Position numbers and translations under genes: made by a program. Positions 48,266 to 57,886 of a stretch of 64,000 bases of DNA are shown one piece after another (position 1 is the stretch's first letter; every line of letters begins with the position of its first letter). The notes beneath the pieces were generated by a model. The model was not told where the DNA came from and ran no database searches. It saw nothing but the letters and a program-made list of their open reading frames with translations. The stretch is from Escherichia phage ECML-4, in the sequence record JX128257; one strand, given 5' to 3'.

Positions 48266-50047
48266 ATGGCCACGCAAACAGTTCCTTCACTCGACGTCAG
48301 AGCCTTTGAGTACATTATCAAACAGCGAATGAAAGCTGATCCCACCTTTAAAGATTATGACTTTGAAGGTTCCGGTCTTAGTGCTATTATTCGTTTGTTG
48401 GCATCTGATGCGAACGCCATAGCCTTTATGCAGAACATGCTTAATGGTGAAGGCCATTTAAAAACAGCAAATCAACGTTCTAATGTTGGTTTGTCTGCTG
48501 CTTTTCTTTCTTACACCCCCGACAACTATCGGGCGGCATACATGTATGCCAACATCAAAGTAACGCCGTATGACGCTAGCACAGCTCCTAATGAGATCAT
48601 TATGGACCGCCGTGTGATGTTCGTTGGTGCAAAAGATGGTAGTTCCTACAACTTTACTGTTGAGAACCCCGTGTCCGCCACGTTGACTGCAGACGGTTAT
48701 TACATGTTCAACAATGTAAAGCTGATTCAGGGTAACTGGTTGTACAAGACTTATGATGTTGAAGGAAGCGCGATTTCGACTTATACGATACCTTCGGAAA
48801 ATGTTGATATCAATCATCTGGTCGTACAGGTACAGGAATCAGAGTCCTCTGATGTTTCAACGACATACCAGAGATACAACAGTCCATTTGACCTGAGCCA
48901 ATATGCCTACCTGTATTTCGTAGAATTAGGCATTGACGGTCTGTATGTGTTTGAATTCGGAGATGGTTATCTTTCGCGTCGAGTAGAAGATGGCAACGTC
49001 ATATTCCTTCAATACTTGGAAACTTCTGGTGCTGATGGAAATGACATCACAAGCCTGTCGTCAGCGTCTTCCATAGGCGGGTTTAACCAAGTTGATGTAG
49101 AATTAGTTTCCGAACGTAGCGCGGGCGGGGACAATCCGGAATCCATTGAAGACACCAAACGGTTGGCTCCTTTAGCTTATCAGGCTGATGGTGCTGCGGT
49201 TACAGAAACCGATTATGGCGTATTGACCGAAAGGTTATTCTCCAACGTCGCCCGTGCTAAATCATATGGCGGTGATACGCTTTCCCCTCCGGATTCTGGT
49301 TACGTTTATATCGCTGTGATACCATCTGTTGGGGAGACTCTTTCAGACGCAGAGAAGGCTGATATCGTTGCCGCGTTGGACAAATACAACGTTGGGTCCA
49401 TCACCCCCAAAGTAGTAGATTCTGAGATCACATATATCCAAGTCGCCACGACTATATTTTGGGATCCGACTTCAACGGTTTATGTTGAAGAACAAATGAA
49501 AGTGGTGGTGGGTAATAGTATCACCAAATGGGGTGAAAACAATCTCGGCGGTTTTGATCAGTTATTCGACAAAGAGATATTGCAGGAAGCAATTACGAAA
49601 ATGGAACGTTCCATTAACTCAAATATCACGTCTGTCGGTTATAAACGTCATTTCAAACCTGATTATGGTGTGTTGGATAGCTTTACTTTCAGTTATGGGA
49701 GAAGCATTAAACCTGGTTCTGTGAAAATAACAGGGTTTAAACCGCTTCCGGCCGAAGTTGATTTCACATATTATATGCGCGATGACAATGGCGATTTGAA
49801 CATGTATAAAGTGAACAACAACGACACCACTAAAGAATTTTTGGTTCAAAAGACTGGTGTTGTGGATTACGCCAACGGCGTCGTAGATCTTCAGCAGATT
49901 ACGGTTTCAAACTATAATACTGAAGGAGTAACGATCGTTGTGCTACCAGATGGCCTGAATCAGAATATACAGGCTTCACAAAACCAGGTATTCAAAATCG
50001 GTGATGTGGTTGTTACGCCAGAGGTGCGCTATGTCCAAAGATCTTAA
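48266..50047 (+). CDS. putative baseplate wedge protein (gp6/J-like)
   Basis: start at ATG 48266 (GGAG SD); about 594 aa; first gene of the plus-strand late module, upstream of fiber and tailspike genes. Confidence 0.4.
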   Translation: MATQTVPSLDVRAFEYIIKQRMKADPTFKDYDFEGSGLSAIIRLLASDANAIAFMQNMLNGEGHLKTANQRSNVGLSAAFLSYTPDNYRAAYMYANIKVTPYDASTAPNEIIMDRRVMFVGAKDGSSYNFTVENPVSATLTADGYYMFNNVKLIQGNWLYKTYDVEGSAISTYTIPSENVDINHLVVQVQESESSDVSTTYQRYNSPFDLSQYAYLYFVELGIDGLYVFEFGDGYLSRRVEDGNVIFLQYLETSGADGNDITSLSSASSIGGFNQVDVELVSERSAGGDNPESIEDTKRLAPLAYQADGAAVTETDYGVLTERLFSNVARAKSYGGDTLSPPDSGYVYIAVIPSVGETLSDAEKADIVAALDKYNVGSITPKVVDSEITYIQVATTIFWDPTSTVYVEEQMKVVVGNSITKWGENNLGGFDQLFDKEILQEAITKMERSINSNITSVGYKRHFKPDYGVLDSFTFSYGRSIKPGSVKITGFKPLPAEVDFTYYMRDDNGDLNMYKVNNNDTTKEFLVQKTGVVDYANGVVDLQQITVSNYNTEGVTIVVLPDGLNQNIQASQNQVFKIGDVVVTPEVRYVQRS

Positions 50048-50885
50048 TAATGGTCACAATGGGGTTAAGTATGAAACCCCGTTGTTTTACCAAAACGATT
50101 TTCCTCTGTTCATCGAGTTCATGGACACGTTCTTTAATTGGCTGTATCGGCAGCAGGGCTTCACTCAAGAAGAAATTTTGGCATATCTGGCAGACACTTC
50201 GAGTTGGATGAATCCTGAGAGTGAAGATTCACCTGTTAAACAACTCATAGATTTAAAGGCCGACAAAACGCCAGGTTCTGAAGCCAAAGATTATTTGTCA
50301 GATAAATTTTTGGTCAGAACATTTGAGAACATGATGGCTCTTGATGCCGAGATGCTGCTAGACGCTGATGGAAGGCCGTTGCTTTCTATTGAAGACAAGA
50401 ACAAGCAGATAGACGACTGGTATAATGATTTTGGGTTTCAACGAACTGTCGATAAATCATTTCAAGAATTTGGACATTTTATTCCAGTCGGTTCGGATTC
50501 TTTATTGACGGCCACGGGCGATACGTTCTCTGTTTATATTGAAGGAACTAAACGAAGAACTCTGGATCATCCGCGTTGGCTGAAATTGTTGAAACACATC
50601 TATAAAATACGTGGAACAAAGAAAGCGATTGAATTGTTCTTTTGGATATATTTCGGTTGTCCAGTCAGCGTCTATTTTACGAAAGAAGACATAGGCGGAC
50701 TGGACGGAAATTTTGAATGTGACGGCACGACAGGGATGCGTGATGATTACTATTATGATGAATACACTTATGTTATAGGAGTCCCAGGCGACGTATCTGA
50801 TTTTGAAGGTGTGTTTGAGCGCGTCTTCCGTCAGCATTTCCATCCTGCTGGATTTACTGTATTCCTAGAAAGCACAAGGAGCTAA
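50030..50885 (+). CDS. hypothetical virion protein
   Basis: start taken as ATG 50030 (MSKDLNN), overlapping the upstream gene end by 18 nt. Confidence 0.35.
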
Positions 50886-50887
50886 AA

Positions 50888-52078
50888 ATGGCCGATTTCC
50901 TGAGTCAATATACAGGTCAGCAGATAGATCAGATATTGGGTTCTGTTGATGACAAAGTAAGTAAAAATGACGTTATTAACGATTTTGAAGTTAACGACCC
51001 GTTGTTTCCACCATCTGCTCGCCTGACTTATGAGTTGAAAAGGTCTGTGGATACGATTAATGATACCCTGACCAACAAAGTTATAAGAACGGATAGTGGC
51101 GAACAGACAATCAACGGTAAGAAGACATTTAATGCGCTGTTGGTTACTAACGGGGGAATCCAAGTCCCCACTGGGAAATCTGTTTCAATCGCGGACGAAC
51201 CAACCAACTCAACAGACGGTGTCAACCTGAGTATGTTGAGGAAACATGGTGTCAGTGAAGACACCGCGCCAGATGGGTCTGGTTTGGCTGGGGAATTATT
51301 GACTTCCGGATATTACAAATTCAAACTGGATTTTAACAGATTGGCTGCGTATACGGAATTAACTCTCCCAACATCAGTTCCCGTGCAAACAGATTCTGGA
51401 GTTCGCACATGGTCAATGACTGCATTTTTTAATGCGTTATTTGCCGACGACCGTTTTAACGGTTATGTAACGACGACCACGTATGATGCCGACATGTTGA
51501 GTCTGGAGTCTCAGCTTAACAATATCAACACGACGTTGAACGGCAAAGTCAACACGTCAACTTACAACACAAAAATGGCTTCGTTGGATTTGAGTATATC
51601 CAACATTAACACATCTTTGAGCAACAAGGTTGAGGTCAGCACATATAATACGAAGATGACTTCCTTGGACGGCAGTATCAGTTCTCTCACGACTGGTAAG
51701 GTCGATGTATCAACGTATAATGCCAAAATGACCACAATTGATAACAGTTTGGGGAACGCTGTTTATCGCACCAAAACAAACTTGTCATCACTGACAGTAT
51801 CGGCTTCTGGAACAACAGCTCTGCCAGACTTTGATTTGGTGAAACTTTGCCAGATATTGGTAACAGCACAATGGGGTACAGGAGATGTCGTAGACACATA
51901 TCGTGTCACCATAACTCGAGACGGGACGATTAAGTCTGAGCTGCTGATCCAGAAAAGTACGAGCGGAACTGTGACGTTTACGGGTTCTGTAGTTGGTGGG
52001 AAACTGAGGATTTCTGTTGTCAATGCCAATACGACAACACCTTGCTCAGTCGATTATTCTATTACAGCATCTTTCTAA
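50888..52078 (+). CDS. tail fiber-like protein with tandem peptide repeats
   Basis: AGGAG SD; repeated units VNTSTYNTKMASLD / VEVSTYNTKMTSLD / VDVSTYNAKMTTID; Ser/Thr/Asn-rich. Confidence 0.5.
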   Translation: MADFLSQYTGQQIDQILGSVDDKVSKNDVINDFEVNDPLFPPSARLTYELKRSVDTINDTLTNKVIRTDSGEQTINGKKTFNALLVTNGGIQVPTGKSVSIADEPTNSTDGVNLSMLRKHGVSEDTAPDGSGLAGELLTSGYYKFKLDFNRLAAYTELTLPTSVPVQTDSGVRTWSMTAFFNALFADDRFNGYVTTTTYDADMLSLESQLNNINTTLNGKVNTSTYNTKMASLDLSISNINTSLSNKVEVSTYNTKMTSLDGSISSLTTGKVDVSTYNAKMTTIDNSLGNAVYRTKTNLSSLTVSASGTTALPDFDLVKLCQILVTAQWGTGDVVDTYRVTITRDGTIKSELLIQKSTSGTVTFTGSVVGGKLRISVVNANTTTPCSVDYSITASF

Positions 52079-52082
52079 AACT

Positions 52083-52120
52083 AAATACCCCTAGATGACA
52101 TGAATACATTTAGGGGTATT
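52083..52120 (+). promoter_or_regulatory. conserved ATACCCC/GGGGTAT hairpin immediately upstream of a tailspike start codon
   Basis: AATACCCCTA (52083-52092) pairs with TAGGGGTATT (52111-52120), 4 nt before ATG 52125. Confidence 0.5.
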
Positions 52121-52124
52121 ACAA

Positions 52125-55100
52125 ATGGCCAACAAACCAACACAGCCTCTTTTCCCTTTGGGTTTAGAAACTTCGGAGTCTTCGAACATAAAAGGCTTCA
52201 ACAACTCCGGCACCATAGAGCATTCCCCTGGTGCAATATTGACGTTCCCTGAAGATACTGATGTTGCGGGTCTCCCATCTTCTGTGCGTTACAATCCTGA
52301 TAGTGATGAATTCGAAGGTTATTACGAAAATGGCGGGTGGTTGTCTTTGGGCGGCGGTGGAATACGCTGGGAAACGCTCCCATACGCTCCCTCCAGCAAT
52401 CTGTTAGAAGGGCGCGGCTATCTCATTAATAACTCCACTGGGACTTCTACGGTGGTTCTTCCTTCCCCTACGCGCGTTGGTGACTCGGTTACAATTTGTG
52501 ATGCCTATGGTAAATTCGCGACGTATCCATTGACCGTATCTCCAGCGGGAAATAACCTGTACGGCTCCACCGAAGATATGACGATATCCACCGATAACGT
52601 GTCGGCGACTTTCACTTGGTCTGGTGCTGAGCAGGGTTGGGTTGTTACATCTGGTGTTGGCCTCGGTCAAGGTCGTGTGTACAGTCGAGAGATTTTCACT
52701 CAAATTTTAGCATCTGATACAAATGAAGTGACTCTCAACATCCCTCCGACAATTGTGGACGTGTACACTGATGGGAAACGCCTTACAGAATCCAAATATT
52801 CTTTAAATGGAAACGTAATCACTTTCGACCCTTCTTTACCTGCTGGCACTGAATTGCAGGTAATAGAATATACTCCGATTCAGTTAGGTACTGGCGGCGG
52901 GGGTTCGGGCGCTTCTGCAATCACCTGGATTTACAATGGCGGATCCGCTATCGGCGGCGAAACCGAAATAACGCTAGACATCGTTGTAGATGATGTTCCG
53001 GCTATTGATATAAACGGGTCTCGTCAGTACAAAAATCTTGGATTCACGTTCGACCCATTGACGAGTAAAATCACTCTGACGCAAGAACTGGAACCAGAAG
53101 ATGAAGTTGTTGTGGTTATAAATGGGACACCAAACATCTATAACCAGATCGATCGTTCTTTACAGGAAGTTGCTCGCGCCTACAATTTTACAAATGCTCA
53201 AGTTATTTTGAGCAACGATTATACTTCTGTGCTGGATAATAAAGTCGTTATTTATGATACGACATCCCAACGTTCTTGGGGGATTCCATCTGGAATTCCA
53301 GCAGGTTCTACAGTGGTTTCCGTCAATGGGGATCAACTGAAATACAAAAATGGATCAACTGAAACCACTGTTACATTGGTGAGCGTACCAGGTAGTGCAG
53401 AGAAGTTGAAGAACGATCTGGCGTCGAACTCTGGCGCGGGTATGTTGAAAACTTCTAGAGGTGATACCGTAGAAGAAGAATTGACTTTTATTAATCAGAA
53501 TATGGTCGTTCAAATTTCAGATTTCGCGAGCCTTAGAACTTTAGTGCCAGCCACAGCGGGCATCCGAGTCAAATTGAAAGGTTATTATTCTGGTTCTGAA
53601 ATTGGTGGCGGAGAATTCATTTCCGTCGCTGGTGATGCTGTTGATGATGCTGGGATGATTGCTCGAGTGTCAAGCAGCTTCTATTGGAAGAGAATTATCG
53701 ACAAACATATTACTCCTGGTATGTATGGCATCAAAGGGAATCTTCCAGAAGATCCGGCAGTGAAACTGAACGCTATGTTTGCGGCTGCGGCTGCGGCTAA
53801 CGCTTATGTCTTACTGAACGATGTCGATACTCTGGTCTGTAAAAGCCCTGTCGTGATCCCAGCACATTCATTAGTGTACGGCAACAAGCGGACCATATTG
53901 AAACGTGATGCATCGTTGTCATATGCTAATGATTTCTTGACAATTATGAATGATTCATATGTCAAGGGGATCTATGTTGATGGTAGCCGTTTAGATTCTC
54001 AGACTCCGCTAGAAGCAGTTTTGGTGCGCATCGCTGGGAATGTGACTATCCATAAGAGCGAGATCCGAAACAATGCTGGCTATGGCGTTGTTGGTAACGC
54101 AGTCCCTGGCATTCGTATCACCAAGAACATTTTTTCCAACTTCGCCAAAGGTTGTGTGGCTATGTTTGGTGACGGAACGGCGACGAGTGATGATCTGCAA
54201 ATTAATGATAACAGATTCTTTAACCTGGGCGCGGGAACCATTTATGTTGGCGGTTACTCAAACTTCCTTGTCGACAAAAACGTCGGAAGAGGCACTTACG
54301 TGGGTTCTCCAGGAAACCGTCTGTATGTTGTGACCAATACCAACGGGACTATCACCCAAAGCGCTGGGCCAGATTTTGGGGCGCTGAAAACGGGTATGTT
54401 CTTTGTATTGCCTGGTGGTTCTGAACATATGATAACGGCAGTCAACAGCCTTACAAGTGTGACAGTAACCCCAGCACCTCCGTCGAATGCAACGGTTCGT
54501 GCAATTGCTGGGACAGGGGATCTTCTGGGCATCCAATCATGCTCCTACGGCACCATCAGCCGTAACAACCTGACCGATTGTGTGACTTACGGAACTGGTG
54601 GAGGCACGATGGAGGGGAGCACTCTGGGGTGCAATTATGTCACATGGGAAGACAACTTCATCCGCAACACAGGTAAGAACGGAATCAACGTCGGGCAATC
54701 AGGCGCTGGGGTCGCCACGTGTTCAATCCTGAGGAACACTCTGATACAGGTTGGTAACGGCGGTCAGGGTGTTGGCCCAGCGTATCTTCTGCCTTGGTTC
54801 GATACGGTAGGTATTGCTCTGTATCAGGGAAACCCAGGTTATATGGCGAATATGGACGTCAGTGATAACAACGTCTCTACATGGTCTGGCGATCTGAATG
54901 ACGGCGCTGCTTGGTTTGGTATGAGCGGTTGTACGGAAGCCACTGTGACTTGTACAGGCAACAAATCTTCTGGTTATTCCGACGGCTATGTTCGTGGAGA
55001 TATATTAGAAGTCACGTTGACAGGTTATGGTACAGGGGCGGCTGCGACTTCATTCGTTAGTGATGGTGAGTCTATACAGATAACTGTTCAAACAGGTACT

Positions 55101-55298
55101 TCACCAACAGCTTCTCCTTATTTTTCAGTGCGGAAGGCGATCCGCACCCGCCATCAACCGATGATAACGGCGCAGATCGTCACCACAACTGGGAACATGT
55201 CTCATTGTTGGGGTATGCAATCTAGTACAGCAGGAAATTGGATGGTGGGTCAGAATACAACTCCTTCAGGGGTCACGACGTATTACGCAAAAGGGTAA
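52125..55298 (+). CDS. tailspike protein (1057 aa) with beta-helix region
   Basis: internal module IDRSLQEVARAYNFTNAQVILS...VVIYDTTSQRSWGIP homologous to the other three tailspikes; C-terminal Gly/Asn/Thr-rich repeats typical of right-handed beta-helix. Confidence 0.75.
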   Translation: MANKPTQPLFPLGLETSESSNIKGFNNSGTIEHSPGAILTFPEDTDVAGLPSSVRYNPDSDEFEGYYENGGWLSLGGGGIRWETLPYAPSSNLLEGRGYLINNSTGTSTVVLPSPTRVGDSVTICDAYGKFATYPLTVSPAGNNLYGSTEDMTISTDNVSATFTWSGAEQGWVVTSGVGLGQGRVYSREIFTQILASDTNEVTLNIPPTIVDVYTDGKRLTESKYSLNGNVITFDPSLPAGTELQVIEYTPIQLGTGGGGSGASAITWIYNGGSAIGGETEITLDIVVDDVPAIDINGSRQYKNLGFTFDPLTSKITLTQELEPEDEVVVVINGTPNIYNQIDRSLQEVARAYNFTNAQVILSNDYTSVLDNKVVIYDTTSQRSWGIPSGIPAGSTVVSVNGDQLKYKNGSTETTVTLVSVPGSAEKLKNDLASNSGAGMLKTSRGDTVEEELTFINQNMVVQISDFASLRTLVPATAGIRVKLKGYYSGSEIGGGEFISVAGDAVDDAGMIARVSSSFYWKRIIDKHITPGMYGIKGNLPEDPAVKLNAMFAAAAAANAYVLLNDVDTLVCKSPVVIPAHSLVYGNKRTILKRDASLSYANDFLTIMNDSYVKGIYVDGSRLDSQTPLEAVLVRIAGNVTIHKSEIRNNAGYGVVGNAVPGIRITKNIFSNFAKGCVAMFGDGTATSDDLQINDNRFFNLGAGTIYVGGYSNFLVDKNVGRGTYVGSPGNRLYVVTNTNGTITQSAGPDFGALKTGMFFVLPGGSEHMITAVNSLTSVTVTPAPPSNATVRAIAGTGDLLGIQSCSYGTISRNNLTDCVTYGTGGGTMEGSTLGCNYVTWEDNFIRNTGKNGINVGQSGAGVATCSILRNTLIQVGNGGQGVGPAYLLPWFDTVGIALYQGNPGYMANMDVSDNNVSTWSGDLNDGAAWFGMSGCTEATVTCTGNKSSGYSDGYVRGDILEVTLTGYGTGAAATSFVSDGESIQITVQTGTSPTASPYFSVRKAIRTRHQPMITAQIVTTTGNMSHCWGMQSSTAGNWMVGQNTTPSGVTTYYAKG

Positions 55299-55310
55299 TA
55301 TTGAATGCCT

Positions 55311-55345
55311 AAATACCCCATATTGGTCATCCTTTATGGGGTATT
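55311..55345 (+). promoter_or_regulatory. conserved ATACCCC/GGGGTAT hairpin upstream of a tailspike start codon
   Basis: AATACCCCATA pairs with TATGGGGTATT, ending 4 nt before ATG 55349; near-identical copy at 57847-57881. Confidence 0.5.
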
Positions 55346-55348
55346 ATC

Positions 55349-57232
55349 ATGATTTCTCAATTCAATCAACCACGCGGCTCCACTTCCATAGAAGTTAACA
55401 AACAATCTATCGCTCGAAATTTCGGTGTCAAAGAAGACGAAGTCATTTATTTCACTGCTGGTATTGATCTCAGTGGATTTAAAGTAATTTATGATGAGTC
55501 TACCCAACGGGCTTATTCTCTCCCTTTCGGTATTGTTTCAGGGACAACTGCAATTAGTCTGGATGAAAGAGCTATCCTCACTCATTCCGCTGGCTCTGTT
55601 GACCTTGGGGAATTAGCAGTAAGCCGCGAAGAATATGTGACTTTACCTGGTTCTTTTAATTTCGGCCATACCATTAATGTGAAAAATGAACTTCTTGTTC
55701 ACGATGATAAAAAATATCGATGGGATGGCACATTACCTAAAGTTGTTCCTGTTGGATCAACTCCTACAACAACTGGGGGAATTGGGGTTGGTGCATGGTT
55801 GAGTGTTGGTGATGCATCGCTACGTGGTGAATTATTTTCAGAATACATCTTATACAAAACACCTCAGGCATTTGGTGCTATTGGTGATGGAGTTGCTGAT
55901 GACACTTTATCACTGCAAGATGCAATGGATTACTGTCAGGTTCACAACGAGAAACTTGTTATCCCATCAGGACGCTATCGAATCACCAAGCCACTGCTAT
56001 ATCGCAACCAGGGTTTTTATAACTATGAGATTGAAGGGCAGGGAGGTGCTGCTGTAATCATCATGGATTCTCTGGAAAAAACTGGAATTACTGCTCCTGA
56101 TGCCTTTGGCGATGATTTTAACGTTAACGCAGCGATGGTAGTTCTGAATGACACTAACCAGAGTAAGTATTGCCGCATTAGTGGATTGCGTTTCGAATCA
56201 CCAGTTGGTGCTGAATATGCTATTTATGTTGGTCAGGCAGAAAATACGTATATCCATGACTGCTTCTGGACTGGTTTCACCTTTGGGTGGTATGACCTTG
56301 GATCATGGGTTACACGCGTAGAACGCTGTATTGCCAGGGATATTGTAGATACTGGGTTCTTTAAGAAAAATGGCACCAGTACCTACATAGCTGAGTGTTA
56401 TGCAGACAGGATGATGCGAGGGTATTACCTCGGGGGTGGGTATTCGGCTATCATAAATTGTGCTTGCGATTTAACCACTCGCTGGGGGTTCTATCTATAT
56501 GGTGGTAGGACTGGTTCTGATTTAGCAACATTCTCTATTAAAGGTTGTGGTTCAGAGCAGTCTGGAACTGATTCTGTATTTTATGTTGACGGGCTAGTTG
56601 CGCTGTCTATAGAGGACCACAACGCAGGTAATGACCCAACTGTTCAACCAGCACCTGCTGCGTTGCTTAGCATGGCTTCGAATACATCATATTCACAAGT
56701 GGTGCTGAAAAATATTAGGACAGTAAATGTGGATACATTAATTTTGGATTCTGCTGACCATAATTATTTTGATTTAACAAATGTCACATGCCGCAGCGAG
56801 ATGTCGAAAGAATTTTATCTCGGTACGAATTCAAGAGTTTTAAAAAGGTCATATGATGGTGAAAGATTCATTACTAGCAACGACCAAGTTGGCATTGGCT
56901 TTGCGGAGTCTGATATTGTTGATGGATGGACAGATCTCACTTTGTCTGGACTAAGAAATGGACAATTTATAATTAGGAGGACTGTAAGCATACCCAGAAC
57001 TTCAGGGGATGCTGGGGCGGTAACTATCACGATGCCATTAAATATGGATACGAATTATACCGTAGCTGCCACTCTGGAGGGTGAATTTAGTCAACTGCAA
57101 TCCATTTGCCCTGTGTTCAGTGTTACAGATAAAACATCATCTAGTTTTTCTTTGTGTGCATCGTCTGCAAAGAATAATACAACATGGTCAGCTATAGATG
57201 TTGAGGTGATTATATATGGGCTGAAATCGTAA
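55349..57232 (+). CDS. tailspike protein (627 aa), pectate-lyase-like beta-helix
   Basis: N-terminal anchor shared with the 60707 gene (KVIYDESTQRAYSLP...HSAGSVDLGELA...LPGSF); FGAIGDGVADDTLSLQDA resembles the Pectate_lyase_3 signature. Confidence 0.8.
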   Translation: MISQFNQPRGSTSIEVNKQSIARNFGVKEDEVIYFTAGIDLSGFKVIYDESTQRAYSLPFGIVSGTTAISLDERAILTHSAGSVDLGELAVSREEYVTLPGSFNFGHTINVKNELLVHDDKKYRWDGTLPKVVPVGSTPTTTGGIGVGAWLSVGDASLRGELFSEYILYKTPQAFGAIGDGVADDTLSLQDAMDYCQVHNEKLVIPSGRYRITKPLLYRNQGFYNYEIEGQGGAAVIIMDSLEKTGITAPDAFGDDFNVNAAMVVLNDTNQSKYCRISGLRFESPVGAEYAIYVGQAENTYIHDCFWTGFTFGWYDLGSWVTRVERCIARDIVDTGFFKKNGTSTYIAECYADRMMRGYYLGGGYSAIINCACDLTTRWGFYLYGGRTGSDLATFSIKGCGSEQSGTDSVFYVDGLVALSIEDHNAGNDPTVQPAPAALLSMASNTSYSQVVLKNIRTVNVDTLILDSADHNYFDLTNVTCRSEMSKEFYLGTNSRVLKRSYDGERFITSNDQVGIGFAESDIVDGWTDLTLSGLRNGQFIIRRTVSIPRTSGDAGAVTITMPLNMDTNYTVAATLEGEFSQLQSICPVFSVTDKTSSSFSLCASSAKNNTTWSAIDVEVIIYGLKS

Positions 57233-57269
57233 TTATTGTATTAAATAAATAACTTATCTTTTATTAAAA

Positions 57270-57296
57270 AACCCCGCTTCGGTGGGGTTAGTTTTT
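57270..57296 (+). terminator. rho-independent terminator
   Basis: AACCCCGCTTCGGTGGGGTT hairpin followed by GTTTTT. Confidence 0.6.
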
Positions 57297-57846
57297 AGAA
57301 GTTGTTGATGGTAATCGGCGATGATTGCTCATTTTGTTTTGGGTAATTCTTCGATCTTCAGTCGTTAAACGCCATCATTGCTGCTTCCCATCCCAGCGCC
57401 ACACACACACACACTATGCATCCGGCATTTAAAGATGCGGAAAGGTAATCAATCTGGCCTTCCTCCCAATCGCTAATTGTGTGGTCTTTCCTCTTGCTTC
57501 TGGTGTTTCTTTGTCCGGCGCTGGGAATTATATGGTAATTTCGGGAAACACGTTGATGGCTAATAACCCATCTGCGCCTGAAAATATAACTTTGTATCAG
57601 GTCACAGGTGCGCAGAGTTGGGTGGCCCATTATGAAACTATCAGATGTGTTCGAAATGATTTCAAATCTGCGCTGTTGGCGATTAATGCAACAGGGACAG
57701 CACAATCTGGTTTGAGTACTACCAATAAATTCTGGTTCGGGGATAACGCGACGATCAATACCACGGTTGTTTGTACTTATCCTGCTGGCAACAAAGCCAA
57801 CACCGATATCACTCAGACAGTTTCAGTTTAAATTGAATTGAGCCTA

Positions 57847-57881
57847 AATACCCCATATTGGCAAATCCTTTATGGGGTATT
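57847..57881 (+). promoter_or_regulatory. conserved ATACCCC/GGGGTAT hairpin upstream of a tailspike start codon
   Basis: AATACCCCATA ... TATGGGGTATT, about 35/40 identical to the 55311 copy; track ORF starts at an ATG inside the 3' arm. Confidence 0.5.
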
Positions 57882-57886
57882 TTCAA

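Noticed and set aside
57358-57831. Two overlapping small ORFs (minus 57358-57705, plus 57481-57831) between tailspike genes
   Set aside because: Mutually exclusive and lacking convincing RBS or motifs. The plus-strand one could be a small tailspike-associated protein but evidence is too weak to annotate
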